Of a stretch of DNA of 64,000 nucleotides, positions 1-12,621 are shown piece by piece. A program made the position numbers and the translations under genes. Where the stretch lies: the NCBI GenBank assembly GCA_951406725.2, contig OX597823.1, positions 69,874,001 through 69,938,000 of the forward strand, given 5' to 3'. Below the pieces are notes generated by a model. The model saw only the letters and a program-made list of their open reading frames with translations. It searched no databases and was not told the DNA's origin. The first letter of the stretch is position 1, and each line of letters starts with the position of its first letter. The stretch comes from Octopus vulgaris (Eukaryota).

Positions 1-422
1 GTTATTGTTCTACAGTCGTTTTTAGACATGTCCTTATAAACACACATACGATATCGTACATACACATCGACACATGTATAAAACAGATCAAGCGAACATA
101 TATACATACATATATAAATAGATGTTTGGTTATACATGCAGAAATCAATATACAGACATAGTAATAACAGAAACAGCCGGTGAGAATACATGACTCATAT
201 TTCCAATATAATAAGAAAAAGATTTGTCAACATTGTAATTTTAACAATCAACGAATATAGATATATTGAGGAACATTCTGAAGAAAATGTGGTTAAACAT
301 TGAAGCAATTTGTGAACTGAATAGATGACAATACATTGTACATTTAAAATATAAAGTTTATACTCATTTCTATGTACTGAAGTCTTCTGAATTTTCTGAT
401 CGGGAAAATCTGATTCATATAC

Positions 423-425
423 GTG

Positions 426-457
<32 letters not shown>

Positions 458-761
458 TGTATGTATGTATGTATGTATGTATGTATGTATGTACGTATGT
501 ATGCATGTGTGTGTATGTATGTATGTATGTATGTATGTATGTATGTATGTATGTATGTATGTATGTATGTATGTATGTATGTATTTTGTCATTATTCAGT
601 GTATTTCAAGTTTTCTTGCCAATAGAGAAAGAACTAGTTTCTAACCTAAGTCCAATGCACTTTCATTGGAATTTCAATACAAGAACTGGTATTTTTGCAT
701 TTATGTATGTATGTATGTATGTATGTATGTATGTATGTATGTATGTATGTATGTATGTATG
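423..761. repeat. (TATG)n microsatellites (423-583, 702-761) flanking a ~110 bp spacer also present at 17590-17690
   Basis: Direct reading of tandem TATG units; spacer is the reverse complement homologue of 17590-17690. Confidence 0.95.
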
Positions 762-762
762 A

Positions 763-1783
763 GCTGATTTGTATGTTTTATATATGTATTCTTATGCATA
801 TAGTTACATATCTAGACATGCCTATATATATTTAAATGATAAACTTATGGAAAGTTTTACAGATTTTTACAGTTCCAGTGATGAATTGGATCTGTAGTCT
901 TCGAATTAGCTTTATTCTTTCAGGTTTTGAGAAGCCCAGTTTCTCAAGATTGTGTTACATATCCGAGGGCCCCAATAATTACAGGTATAAACCTGAACTT
1001 GTAATCTGGAAAGAGTAACTCCAGATTTCTCAATAGTTCATCATAGGTGTTCTCTTTTTCACTGATCTTCAGCTTCTTTATATGAGCATCTGCTGGCAAA
1101 TAATTTCCTCAACTGTGCACAGTTTCCATTCTCTATCCCAAATCATTATATCAGGTCTCTTATACTTACATTTTATTGCGGTCTTCACTGGTACTTTCCA
1201 CCAGTATTCCTTTTTATTATGAGTGGCTATGGCTTCTACCATATTGTGGGTTCTTATTTCTTTTTCCTCAGGAGTATCCTTCCGAGGGATTTCATTATAG
1301 AGTGTTCTAGTTACAACATCAGTAGATAATACCGTGATGACATTTTCGGACAACTGCTTAAGATGTGCGTGATATCTTCAGTATGAACTCAACAAAGTCT
1401 GCACCGGTTGTCACATCTTACAACTCTTCCTGCATCTCTACACCTTTTTGTGCATCAGGTATTTGGTTGATATTTCTTGTTCCTGGGTTGCAAACGCATA
1501 CCTTTCAAAGTGGGAGGTAGTAATCCAGCTAGTACTCCATGATAAACTGCTTTGATATTACTATTATCACGGAACTTCCTACTAACATATCCATACATAG
1601 TCTTCTGCTCATATAGGTTCATCCTTTCATCTGACGACACGTTGCGGTAGAGTCATGCGACCTCTTTGGGCATATATTCTAGGTTATCAGAGAAAGAGAC
1701 TTACTCAATGAACTGCCTTCCAAATCTTAGGGTGTTTTCAGCCTCATGTATGCAAACCTGGTCAAGGGATGCACTTCCACACT

Positions 1784-1785
<2 letters not shown>
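763..1785 (-). mobile_element. R4/Dong-like non-LTR retrotransposon, degenerate 3' fragment (CCHC knuckle + restriction-like endonuclease)
   Basis: Minus-strand translation gives CRLC*VHTEDITHILSSC (CCHC) and KRPDIMIWDREWKLCTVEEI (PD-(D/E)xK-type RLE); homologous to 5000-5500; stops and frameshifts present. Confidence 0.85.
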
Positions 1786-1815
<30 letters not shown>

Positions 1816-1841
1816 TGTATGTATGTATGTATGTATGTATG

Positions 1842-1872
<31 letters not shown>

Positions 1873-1890
1873 TTGTATGTATGTATGTAC
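1786..1890. repeat. (TATG)n microsatellite at the 5' junction of the R4-like copy
   Basis: Direct reading. Confidence 0.95.
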
Positions 1891-2768
1891 GTAAATCGTT
1901 GGAAGTTCTTTTAGTTTACACTGTTACTAAAAGCTTCGATCTTCCATGTATTATTAAGCAACATTTGGCGAGTATTACTTCACAGCATGTGGCATACTTT
2001 CAGGAACTGCTTTAAAGGACTGTGTAGTCGCTATAAGATATAGACAGACTCTCAGCCTTACCATCTTGATTCAGTCGAACATTCAAGGTGAGACAGATGG
2101 AAGGAGAGAGGGACATACAAGCACTCGGTTTTCATTTCTAGATGCATAAACCCGACCAGCAGGAAATGATATGCTTTGTTCAAAGCCACAAGGTGTTGCT
2201 GATCAAGGATCTGATCAACAGCCTTATTATCGTGTAACTCAAAAACTTCACAATTAAACCGGGTACCATTACAGACATAGTATTAACACAGACTTACCAG
2301 TCTATGATAATGGCAGACTTGTCATTCAAATACAATACAAAGAAAAAACGGTTACTACCATTGTGAATTTAATAATCAATAACAAACGGTGGGTTGAGAC
2401 ATATTACCTGAAAAACTATAGAATAAAGGAACAATTAGCGATATAAATCAAAGAAATATCCATCAATCACTTCAAATGTTACAGACTCTGCACTCAAGTG
2501 CTAAATATTCATTTGCCTTATAATACCTTTAATCATGACTATGTGTGTATATATATACATATATACATATATACAATGTATATATTTATACATATATGTA
2601 CATAGTTATATATAAAAATATATAGATTATAGGTTTATATATATTTAATGAATATTTGAACTTTTTTGCGTTTCAATTTTTCTGCTTTTTACTCATTCTC
2701 GAAGTTGATGGACATATAGCGGTACGTAAAACTGAATCAGAAAATCTCTAGTAAGACTTTTTTTATTG

Positions 2769-2810
2769 ATGTACCCGAAGTGACCCAGATCGTGTCGAAA
2801 CATGTGTCAT
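2769..2810 (+). ncRNA. Degenerate hammerhead-like motif in a (TA)n-flanked element
   Basis: ccgaagt-GAC ccagatcgt GTC-GAAA-CATG-t: stem II, GAAA and a palindromic stem-III loop are present, but the CUGANGA box is mutated. Confidence 0.35.
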
Positions 2811-3207
2811 TATAAAATGTTTTACTCATTCCATCTATTTTATTAAAACTATATATATACATACATGTATAGATGTGTGTGCGCGCGCCATCGACACACA
2901 CAATAGCAATGAACTGACAAAATGTTTAGAGTTTCAGCTTGAATGCCTTGCAATGTCTGCTCGGACTCACAGTGCTTCGAATCTAAAAACCCACTCGTGT
3001 CTCGGAAAAAATAAAACGTTCCTTAGAGGACCTCTCAAAAATAAGAAAAGACTCATGATCCTGTGAAAGTCTTCATGGAAGGATCGACGTATTCCGGCTG
3101 ATTACTGTCAATAGAAGCAGACCAGCTGGGAAAAGAGGATGGACGAATACGTTCATGTAAGTCCTATGCTTACAACGGAAGCTAATATATTTTTCTCTCT
3201 CCGTTTA

Positions 3208-3244
<37 letters not shown>

Positions 3245-3387
3245 ATTTTTTCCTCTTCAGATTTTTTTTCCTATCGAAAATCGTAGGCTCGATACGTCAA
3301 AGACGTTTCCATTTCTCCTGGGCGTCAAAATAAAACATATTGTTGTTCCATCAACTGTCTATATCTTTTGTTTTCTGTACATTTGAA

Positions 3388-3505
3388 ACATACGTACATA
3401 CATACATACATACATACATACATACATACATACATACATACATACATACATACATACATACATGCATACATACATACATACATACATACATACATACATA
3501 CATAC
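3388..3505. repeat. (CATA)n microsatellite at the 5' junction of the R4-like LINE
   Basis: Direct reading. Confidence 0.95.
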
Positions 3506-5520
3506 AAGAAACTTAATTGCAACTAGGCAGCAGTATATAGAGACATGAGAGATGAGCAGTAAATATCACGGACGCTCCTTCACAAGAATACATAGACTCC
3601 TTCTGAAGGAAAATCTGGAGTGAAGAGAAGGAATTTAACCAAGATGCTCTGAGGCTGGAAGAAATCCGAAAAAATTATTGCTGCTGCGTTACATCCAAGA
3701 CATACAACATTGATGGGAAAACCCTTGCAACTATGATTCAGAAACTCCAGGATGGAGAAGCACCTGGAAGAGACTTGATTGTTGGATATTGATACAAGAA
3801 GCTAACATTCTACCGACCATATCTTATCAATCGGTACAAGCAAGCTCTCAGTGGGAATAGTAGCATACCACACTGGTATTGATCCCCAATTCAGAACTAC
3901 CCACATGGCAAAAAACTACCAGCTAATTGCATGCCAGAATTTAATGTATAAGATATATACAGCATGTTTAAACCTCTCCAGCACCATTGTGAAACCAATA
4001 ACAAGAAATTCTGGGCATGTGCTAAGCAATTGTTAATCAACAAAACTGTGATGCCAGAAGTGCGAGAGCATAGCAGGAACCTAGTTTTAACTTGGTTAGA
4101 CTACATGAAAACTTTTGACTCTGTTCCCCACTCATGGATGCTAAAAGGCCTTCAACTCGCTAAAGTTCCAGTGAGAATAGTCAAGGCCATAGCTTTGACT
4201 ATTCTTAGTGGGGCCACCATCTTGAAACTAAATACAAAGAGTGACTGTATTATCACCGATAGAATGCAATACCGCAAAGGCATATTCCAAGGAGACAGCC
4301 ATTCTGTGATGTTGTTTATACTTTTTGTAAACCTCTTGTCATTCATTTTAAGAAAGTCTGAATGATATCTCACTGGTTCACAAGGAAACAGAAGTACCAA
4401 AATTACACACTGTTTCTTTGTAGATCACTTAAAACGTTTTACAAACAATATGCATGAGATGAAAAAGAGCCTTGACCTAGTTACAACATTCTCAAAGGAT
4501 GTAGGATTAGGGTTTGGTCAGGATAAATGTTATATTGTTGTGAAAAGGGGGAAAACTATAAACCAAACTAGTAACATCTCCATGAATGATTTGACTGTTT
4601 CCCCTATATCTGACGAGGAATGTTACAGATATCTAGGGGTGGATGAAAATATATCTTTCAATGGCACCTGTAACAAAACATGTGTCACTAAAGAATATTA
4701 TAGCCGAATAAAAAAAGTTTGAACCTCAGAACTCTCTGCATTCAATAAAACAGTGGCCCACAATGTCAGTACTCATACCAACATTTGGGCTGTTTGATTG
4801 GACGCTTGATAGGAACCGAGTCATTGATGTGAAAACCCGAAAAATACTAACAAGCACATATAAATTCCCTATAAAGAGCAACGTAGACGGCTTCAACAAA
4901 ACGAAAACAAGGCGGCAGAGTCTTAATATCGATTCAAGTGCCTATGAATGTCGCATCATATCCCTTCGGCAACATCTTTTAACCACCAAGTGTCGAAGTA
5001 AGAAATAAAAACTCACAATATGGTAGAAGCCATAGCCACTCATAATAAAAGGGAATACTGGTGGAATATACCAGTGAAGGCCTGAATAAAATTTAAGTAT
5101 AACAGACTTAATATAATGATTTGGGATAGAGAATAGAAACTGTGCACAGTTGTGGAAATTGCCTGCTATTAACATAAAGGTGAAGATCAGTGAAATAGAG
5201 AACACCTATTCTGAACTATTGAGAGATCTGGAGTTACTCTATCCAGACTACAAGTTCAGGTTTATACCTGTAATTATTGGGGCCCTGGGATATGTAACAC
5301 ACTGCCTAGATACCGATCTTGAGAAATTAGGCTTCTCCAAACCAGAAAGGAGAAAGGTAATTCGAAGACTACAGATACAATCCATCACTGGAACTGTAAA
5401 AATCTATAAAACTTTGCAGAGATTTATCCTTTAAATATATATGAACAGTCTAGATATGTAGCTATATACACGAGAATACATACTTAAAACATACAAATTT
5501 GCAGATACATACATACATAC
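3506..5520 (+). mobile_element. R4/Dong-like LINE, 5'-truncated and disrupted (RT + RLE C-terminus)
   Basis: RT motifs NYQLIAC, WLDYMKTFDSVPHSW, GIFQGDSHSVMLF, FFVDHLK (YxDD position), YRYLGV; C-terminus YKFRFIPVIIGALG; internal deletion near 5000; ends in (CATA)n/(CA)n. Confidence 0.9.
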
Positions 5521-5522
5521 AC

Positions 5523-5553
<31 letters not shown>

Positions 5554-5600
5554 TACACACACACACACATACACACACACACATACACACACACACACAT

Positions 5601-5662
<62 letters not shown>

Positions 5663-5708
5663 TTAAAAAAGGAGATGTGGAACACTATTTGTGATATATA
5701 AAAAAAGA

Positions 5709-6018
5709 AAATGAAGAAAATGCTGACAAAATAATTTAAGTAAGGGAGAGTGTATTTAATTAGGTGAAAGTTCTTTTTACCGGTTGCGCATTTGTTATGC
5801 TTATCAAAAGATATTTTTTTAAGTGAGATAGAGTTCCTTTCTGATAGATTTTTTTCTCTTATCTGATAAGAGAAAAAAATCTATCAGAAAGGAACTCTAT
5901 CTCACTTAAAAAATATCTTTTGATAAGCATAACAAATGCGCAACCGGTAAAAAGAACTTTCACCTAATTAAATACACTCTCCCTTACTTAAATTATTTTG
6001 TCAGCATTTTCTTCATTT
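5709..6018. repeat. Near-perfect palindrome, ~155 bp arms, 1-nt spacer at 5864
   Basis: 5709-5863 is the reverse complement of 5865-6018 apart from a 1-nt homopolymer difference; (TA)n nearby on both sides. Confidence 0.95.
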
Positions 6019-6019
6019 C

Positions 6020-6070
<51 letters not shown>

Positions 6071-6108
6071 AAACAAAGTGGAGTTGTAAGGTACCGCACG
6101 ACTGGAAT

Positions 6109-6174
6109 TATATATGAAAGATGGTTTGAAAATGCAATTTTAAAATTGCATTTTCAAACCTTCTTTCATATATA
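6109..6174. repeat. Short spacer-less palindrome (~33 bp arms)
   Basis: tatatgaaagatggtttgaaaatgcaatttt / aaaattgcattttcaaaccttctttcatata, one mismatch, centre 6141/6142. Confidence 0.9.
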
Positions 6175-6177
6175 TAT

Positions 6178-6590
6178 CTCGTTTACTCGTTTACTTGTTT
6201 CAGTCATTTGACTGCGGTCATGCTGGAGCACCGCCTTTAATCGAGCAAATCGACCCCGGGCCTTATTCTTTGTAAGCCCAGTACTTATTCTATCTGACTC
6301 TTTTGCCGAACCGCTAAGTGACGGGGACGTAAACACACCAGCATCGGTTGTCAAGCAATGCTAGAGGGACGAACACAGACACACAAACATATACACACAC
6401 ATGCACATATATATATATACATATATACGACAGGCTTCTTTCAGTTTCCGTCTACCAAATCCACTCACAAGGCTTTGGTCGGCCCGAGGCTATAGCAGAA
6501 GACACTTGCCCAAGGTGCCACGCAGTGGGACTGAACTCGGAAGCATGTAGTTGGTTAGCCAGCTACTTTCCACACAGCCACATATATGCA
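6178..6590 (-). mobile_element. tRNA-derived SINE family B (CORE-like, internal (TA)/(CA) tract)
   Basis: Head tggctgtgtgg...gagttcagtccc, CORE-like ccttgggcaagtgtctt, tail aaggcggtgctccagcat...gactgaaacaag; five homologous copies in the window. Confidence 0.85.
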
Positions 6591-6655
6591 TAATTTAAAA
6601 CATTTGCACACACATATATATATGTACACACACACACACACTCACACACACACAG

Positions 6656-6659
<4 letters not shown>

Positions 6660-6692
<33 letters not shown>

Positions 6693-8132
6693 CACACACA
6701 CACACACACACACCTATGTATGTACATATACATTCGTACGTGCATTCATGTATACACTGTCACATACATTCACACACATATATGTATGTACACACACACA
6801 CAGACACACACACACACACGTTTATGAATTGTAATCGGTCCCGTCTACTTCAAGATCCGCGAACTCATTCATACTTCTATAATGACCGAATGAAGAGATC
6901 CGGGAAGTGCAAGATGGCTACCGAAAGATGGGTTGTTATTTGTCAAGGATGGTCACATGGTGTTATAGTGAATAATGTCAATTCCGTTGCGACATCACTT
7001 CCATCAGTAAAGGGAGATTACTTGACCGCGTGATTGGACGTGAAACTGGCGGCGTCCGTGTATCTGGATATGGCCGGTGAGCATATAAGTTTGCACGGAT
7101 ACAAACAACATTGTAAGCAAACCCATATACATGCACAAACACACATACAGAAACTTCACAAATTTCACAATAACAACAACAACGCGAACAACAGTAACAA
7201 CCACGATGGCACCAACATATACGAATACACAAACACAGACAGATAGAAGAACAATATGAAAAGTAAAGGCCAAGAACAGTAGGAACAGCAACAGAAGAGG
7301 AGCGTCAAAGTATCACCAAGAACAAAAATAGAGAGGGTACGGATATAAACAGTGTTGCGGGCAAGCTCATATACACATACATAAGCACACATGCGAAACA
7401 CATAGACACGCTACGCACACGCACGCACATACACACATCCACTCACAGATACACATGCAAACGCATGTACAGATACGGGTACACATCATAGAAGGACAGA
7501 ATGCACTAAGCGGAGTAGGAGGATACACGTCGACGGAAAAAATCGCTGAAGAAGTCACAGCTGCGTGACAAAAGATTTCCGGACGATAGACATAAGATAA
7601 AAACAGAACAGTAATAAACGAGTGAAGAACGAATATATAGTACGCGTACTTATTTGCACACACACCTCTTAAAAAAAATATCAAACTACCAGCCTGAAAT
7701 ATAACAATATTTGTTTTAACACACGGTTTCACATCAGGAATCTTGCAATACAAATTCATAAACGTGTGTGTGTGTGTGTGTGTTTGTATGTATGTACATA
7801 CATATATGTGTGTGCATGTATGTGACTGTGTATACATGAATGTACGTACGAATGTATATGTACATACATAGGCGTGTGTGTGTATGTGTGTATGTTTCTG
7901 TGTGCATGTATGTCTGTGTGTGTGTGTACATACATATATGTGTGTGTATGTATTTGACTGTGTATACATGAATGCACGTACGAATGTATATGTACATACA
8001 TAGGTGTGTGTGTGTTTCTGTGTGTATGCCTGTCTGTGTGTGTATATACATATATGTGTGTGTATGTATGTGACTGTGTATACATGAATGCATGTACGAA
8101 TGTATATGTACATACATAGGTGTGTGTGTGTG
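6660..8132. repeat. Inverted repeat of a ~120 bp complex unit (one copy left, ~6660-6833; three tandem copies right, ~7748-8132) enclosing a unique ~900 bp core
   Basis: Unit cctatgtatgtacatatacattcgtacgtgcattcatgtatacac recurs reverse-complemented three times; the inner boundary cacgtttatgaatt is mirrored. Confidence 0.85.
6895..7080. promoter_or_regulatory. Putative CpG-richer promoter-like segment
   Basis: ETS-like CGGGAAGTG (6901-6909) abutting YY1-like CAAGATGGC (6910-6918), CACTTCC (6996-7002), inverted CCAAT (7033-7037), GACGTG. Motifs only, no transcript evidence. Confidence 0.3.
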
Positions 8133-8439
8133 TAACTTAGTAGGTCCGTAGGTTTATATTTTTCTGCTTTATTCAGACGGACATATCAATTCAAATATAC
8201 ATAATAACGAAATAGGAGTCTATTTTTCCGTTTGTAGTTGCAAAATTTAGTTTGCGTCGATCAAAGGATGAATTTAAAAGATCTCTACTGAAATATTTGC
8301 ACATATCGATTGATTCGTTCAGTTTCTACCATTTCACCTCGAACTATCTGATCATAAGGTAAATTTGAGCAGACAGCCAAACGATATATCATCATTCTTG
8401 TCGCAGCTATCTGCATTATTCTTATCAGCACCAATGGCC

Positions 8440-8640
8440 GTGGTTGTTGACTTTTCATCATCATCACCACCATCATCACCGTTGTCATAATCAACATTAT
8501 AATCATTATAATCGCCGCCGTCGTCACCGTTCTTGTCGTTTCATCATAATCGTCGTCGTGATCATCATCATCATTATCCTCGTCATCATAATTATCGTTG
8601 TCGACGTTGTCGTCGTCGTTTCATCATCATTACCATCATT

Positions 8641-8689
<49 letters not shown>

Positions 8690-9190
8690 CCATCACCATC
8701 ACCACTATCATCATCATATTCATCACCATCATCATCATCATCATCCCCACCATCATCACCACCTTCACCACCACCATCATCACCACCATCATCACCACCA
8801 TCATCACCACCATCATCATCACCATCATCATCACCATCATCATCATCATCATCATCATCATCACCATCATCACCATCATCAATATCATCATCATCACCAT
8901 CATCATCATCATCCCTGTGATTGTCGTTTACTCATCATTCTTGTTATCCTCATCATCACCCTTATTACTATCGATATCAATATCATTAATACCACCATCA
9001 TCGATGCTGGCGTTGTCTTCACTGTCTCTGTCATCACATCATCGTCTCTACTCGCATTGTCATTCTCTTCGTCATTGTCATCACCATCCCTATAATCATC
9101 AACATCGTAGTTGTCTTGACCATCATCCTCATCTTCATCATCTTCGTTGTCGTCTTCATTATCTTCATCTTTCTCATTATCACCGTGTTG
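8440..9190. repeat. (CAT)n/(CAC)n trinucleotide low-complexity tract
   Basis: Direct reading; explains the poly-H/S/I/M ORFs. Confidence 0.95.
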
Positions 9191-9503
9191 GCATTGCAAA
9201 ACCTTTAATCATATTTGGCAGGAAAACTTTCAAAGTTGCGCACCTATGCAGTCTACGTGTCTTATTTCTTGAATCTGAATTTTTTGGCAGATTGATGTAT
9301 TACATCGATTTCTTTAATCCTCCCTTTTTTTCTTTCTTAGCTCCCTCCATCTACGTTGAATAAAGAGAATTGTTCAAAACGACAACTTACCTTCCTCTTC
9401 TTAATAGAGTAATTACGTTATCTTTGTACTCACCATATTTTACAAACCCAAGATTACCAAGATATGGCCAACTATGAGACTATCCAGTAGAACTACTAAC
9501 TGT

Positions 9504-9883
9504 GGATGGAAGCACTCCGTCGGTTACGACGACGAGGGTTCCGGTTGATCCGAATCAACGGAACAGCCTGCTCGTGAAATTAACGTGTAAGTGGCTGAGC
9601 ACTCCACAGACACGTGTACCCTTAACGTAGTTCTCGGGGATATTCAGCGTGACACAGAGAGTGACAAGGCCGGCCCTTTGAAATACAGGTACAACAGAAA
9701 CAGGAAGTAAGAGTGAGAGAAAGTTGTGGTGAAAGAGTACAGCAGGGATCACCACCATCCCCTGCCGGAGCCTCGTGGAGCTTTTCGCTCAATAAACACT
9801 CACAACGCCCGGTCTGGGAATCGAAACCGCGATCCTATGACCGCGAGTCAACTGCTCTAACCACTGGGCCATTGCGCCTCCAC
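9504..9883 (-). mobile_element. tRNA-derived SINE family C, tail type 1
   Basis: Head ggaggcgcaatggcccagtggttag...ggtttcgattccc (A/B boxes); TSD actactaactgt at 9492-9503 and 9884-9895. Confidence 0.9.
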
Positions 9884-10469
9884 ACTACTAACTGTACTAT
9901 TTTGTTCGAGCAATTTTATACATGACATAGCTCTGTCTACTGATGCAGAGATGAATAGAACAGTCTACTCCTGGCAAGACCCTCCATCCTCTTCAGGCGT
10001 CACCAAGGAGCTACAAAGAAATCCTTTGACACACTTAATGTCATTTAAAAACATTAACGTCTCTAAAGCGTTCTTGAGTTCTAAACATTAAAACAGCATA
10101 ACCCACAGCAAAGGTGGGTGATGAACTTTACAGTCGATTTCAATGTATGGAATTCAGTTGTTCGATCGATTTGTTAGGCAGCTTATTCAATCAGAGTGCA
10201 AATTAGTAGAGTACTTCACAGAGAAATCTTTCATTCATTTACCTCTCGAGAGAAATCGACGTGACACAAACATAACAAGGATGGGTCTTTGAATTATATG
10301 TACGGCCTATCCACCTGGCTTCCATAGTTTCCGTTAATTTAAATCCACTCATCAAGTTTGGATCACACACGGATCTACGGTAAATGTACTTGCCTAAGAT
10401 ACACAAGTAAAATTGGACATGAGACCTCCCGTTTGCAGCGCGAACTTCTTAACTACTCGGTCGAGTCTG

Positions 10470-10586
10470 TGTCCACTAAGACAGGATAGTCATAAATAAA
10501 AGCCAATTAAACAGAGGTTTAAATATTCTGTCCACTAAGACAGGATAGTCATAAATAAAAGCCAATTAAACAGAGGTTTAAATATT
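10470..10586. repeat. Perfect tandem duplication, 59 bp period
   Basis: tgtccactaagacaggatagtc...aaatatt starts at 10470 and again at 10529. Confidence 0.95.
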
Positions 10587-12621
10587 GTGTGTAGTAGACT
10601 TAAACCGTCACCCAATTTGACATTACAGCCCTCTGAACCCTTGTTTTTCGTCAGCAGATTAAAACACTCAAACTGAATCTTTGGTCAGAAGATAAACCAG
10701 TAAGCGTGGTTTATTTTTTCCTATCCATAACAATAAAGTAGGGGACTCACTACATAACATCTTTTATTAAGCTGTAAGATAAAATATCAAAAAATTAAAA
10801 ACAGTAAATATCAACATATAAATGCTAAACAATAATAGAAACTAACTACGTTGGTTCCCATAGATGATGAAAAATATTAAAATAAATGAAGAGTAACAAC
10901 TATGATAACTAGATACGAGTGAATCTTCACAAGTAGGACGGAGTCTGACGGAGGGCGATCAACATAAAGCGCTACAACATATATATTCTTGTAGTTTCAA
11001 TTGCGATAAATGCCCAACACTATTTTTAACCTTCTGTCAATCCCTGCTACGTTGCAATGTAATTTAAAACAGTTGTAACGGATTTCTGCCGTGCTGAACA
11101 TTGCTTATGGGTAAATTCATATGTTAGTGTGAATTCTAGATGGAATAATAGTCCTAAATGCATTTCGTATAGCATATTTATTCAATTCACAGATAAACAT
11201 CGTTCGCTGACGTGAATTATTAACGATGTACATCAATATTTTAGTGTTAAAGATTCACAGAAACCCTGTTTCTGCGAGTTTTACACGTGGTTGTCAACAA
11301 TGTGTTATATTTCTGCAAGGATCAGATTACTAAATCAGATAAAATTGAAATAAAAATAAATGATTATGCCATCCGAATTATCATTATGGCGTTGCTCACA
11401 AATCATTCCAACATCTAAACTGCAGATGTACTTTCTCTCTCTCTCTCTCTCTCTCTCTTTCGATTCTACTGTTGGTACAGTAGTTTCTACTCCTCTAGAG
11501 TGATTGTTCTCGTGCTATGTTCATCTAGGCCCACCAGATTCAGTGATCTCCTCCGCTTTCGTCGACTTTATTATGCACACAACCCCTTAGCTGCCCTAAC
11601 AATTAAGACCAATCTTTCCTTCCTTGATCTCTAGGTAGTTTATCCAATGGAAATCCTTCCTCGTTGATTTTCAATTGCTCAAAAAAAGCATCAAATACAT
11701 TGACCGCATCAGTCACAGACGATCTTCGCAGGCCGACTACAGCAAAGTTCCTTCCTCCAGACCAAACTGTTAAAAAGAGGTATCGATGGATGTATAAGAG
11801 TATGAACATTAATAGTTATCTACACAGCCATAAAAAGTGTAGGGAGAGAGCTGGCAGTCAAACTGAGATGTTTTCCAAAGTGAAACATGAAGACTGTAGA
11901 AGGTAATTTGTGGGAGATTTGGTTGCTATTTCTAGCAGATTGAGTAACCACATAGGCACTCTTTCGTTGACTCGTTTTCTTCAGTGCTGCTGCTATCGAT
12001 ATTTATCCTTAAGTCGGCCCTACTTCACCTTACATCAAACACATTCCAACCGTTGTTATCTTGTCAGCTATTCTGTTTAAGATCCTATTATCCATTGTTC
12101 TTACTATTCTTAAGAATTGGTTGGAATATCAATGGACAGTCATGTTAAATCATACAACAGAAGTATGAAGAATGTTTTACCATAACTAATGCGTAGACTT
12201 TATCATTAGGACATTAACTTTAGGACATTAACAATGTGAAACTTGGATACAAATCCATCATTTATTCTCTGCAAGGTTATAATGCGATTGAAACTTTAAA
12301 TTGAAGCTTAAAACCATCATCTGAAATCTTCTTCCTTCTGGGGAACTTAATTTTCTAGATGGATTGGCCGTTTTCAGTTATCATTGACAACCAATGAGCT
12401 TTAGTCTACCTTACATCATTTCTTCCCCCGAGAAAAATCAAGCGTGTACGATTTCCCATTTTCCTCTACGAAAACAATTCATCAAAATATTATATTTCAC
12501 ATTGTTCCAATCGACTCACACGGCAAAAATGAGTAGTACCTCTTCTTCAAAGAGCTATCCATGTCACATACTGTGTCACACTGAATCTCCCTGAGAACTG
12601 AGAACTATGGTACGCGTTTCT

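Noticed and set aside
195-762. MYVC, HTYI, YI and CV repeat ORFs here and throughout the window
   Set aside because: Translations of (TATG)n, (TA)n and (CA)n microsatellites.
6978-7232. Cys-rich 84 aa ORF resembling a metallothionein or toxin
   Set aside because: Cysteines derive from (TGT/TGC)-rich simple sequence; non-ATG start and no signal peptide.
8444-9363. Long poly-His/Ser/Ile/Met ORFs
   Set aside because: Open in several frames on both strands because of (CAT)n; no splice or domain evidence.
9810-9883. tRNA genes at SINE heads (also near 22675, 25835, 36690, 55355, 61385)
   Set aside because: They continue into SINE bodies, several are bounded by TSDs, and they lack a proper acceptor stem and terminator.
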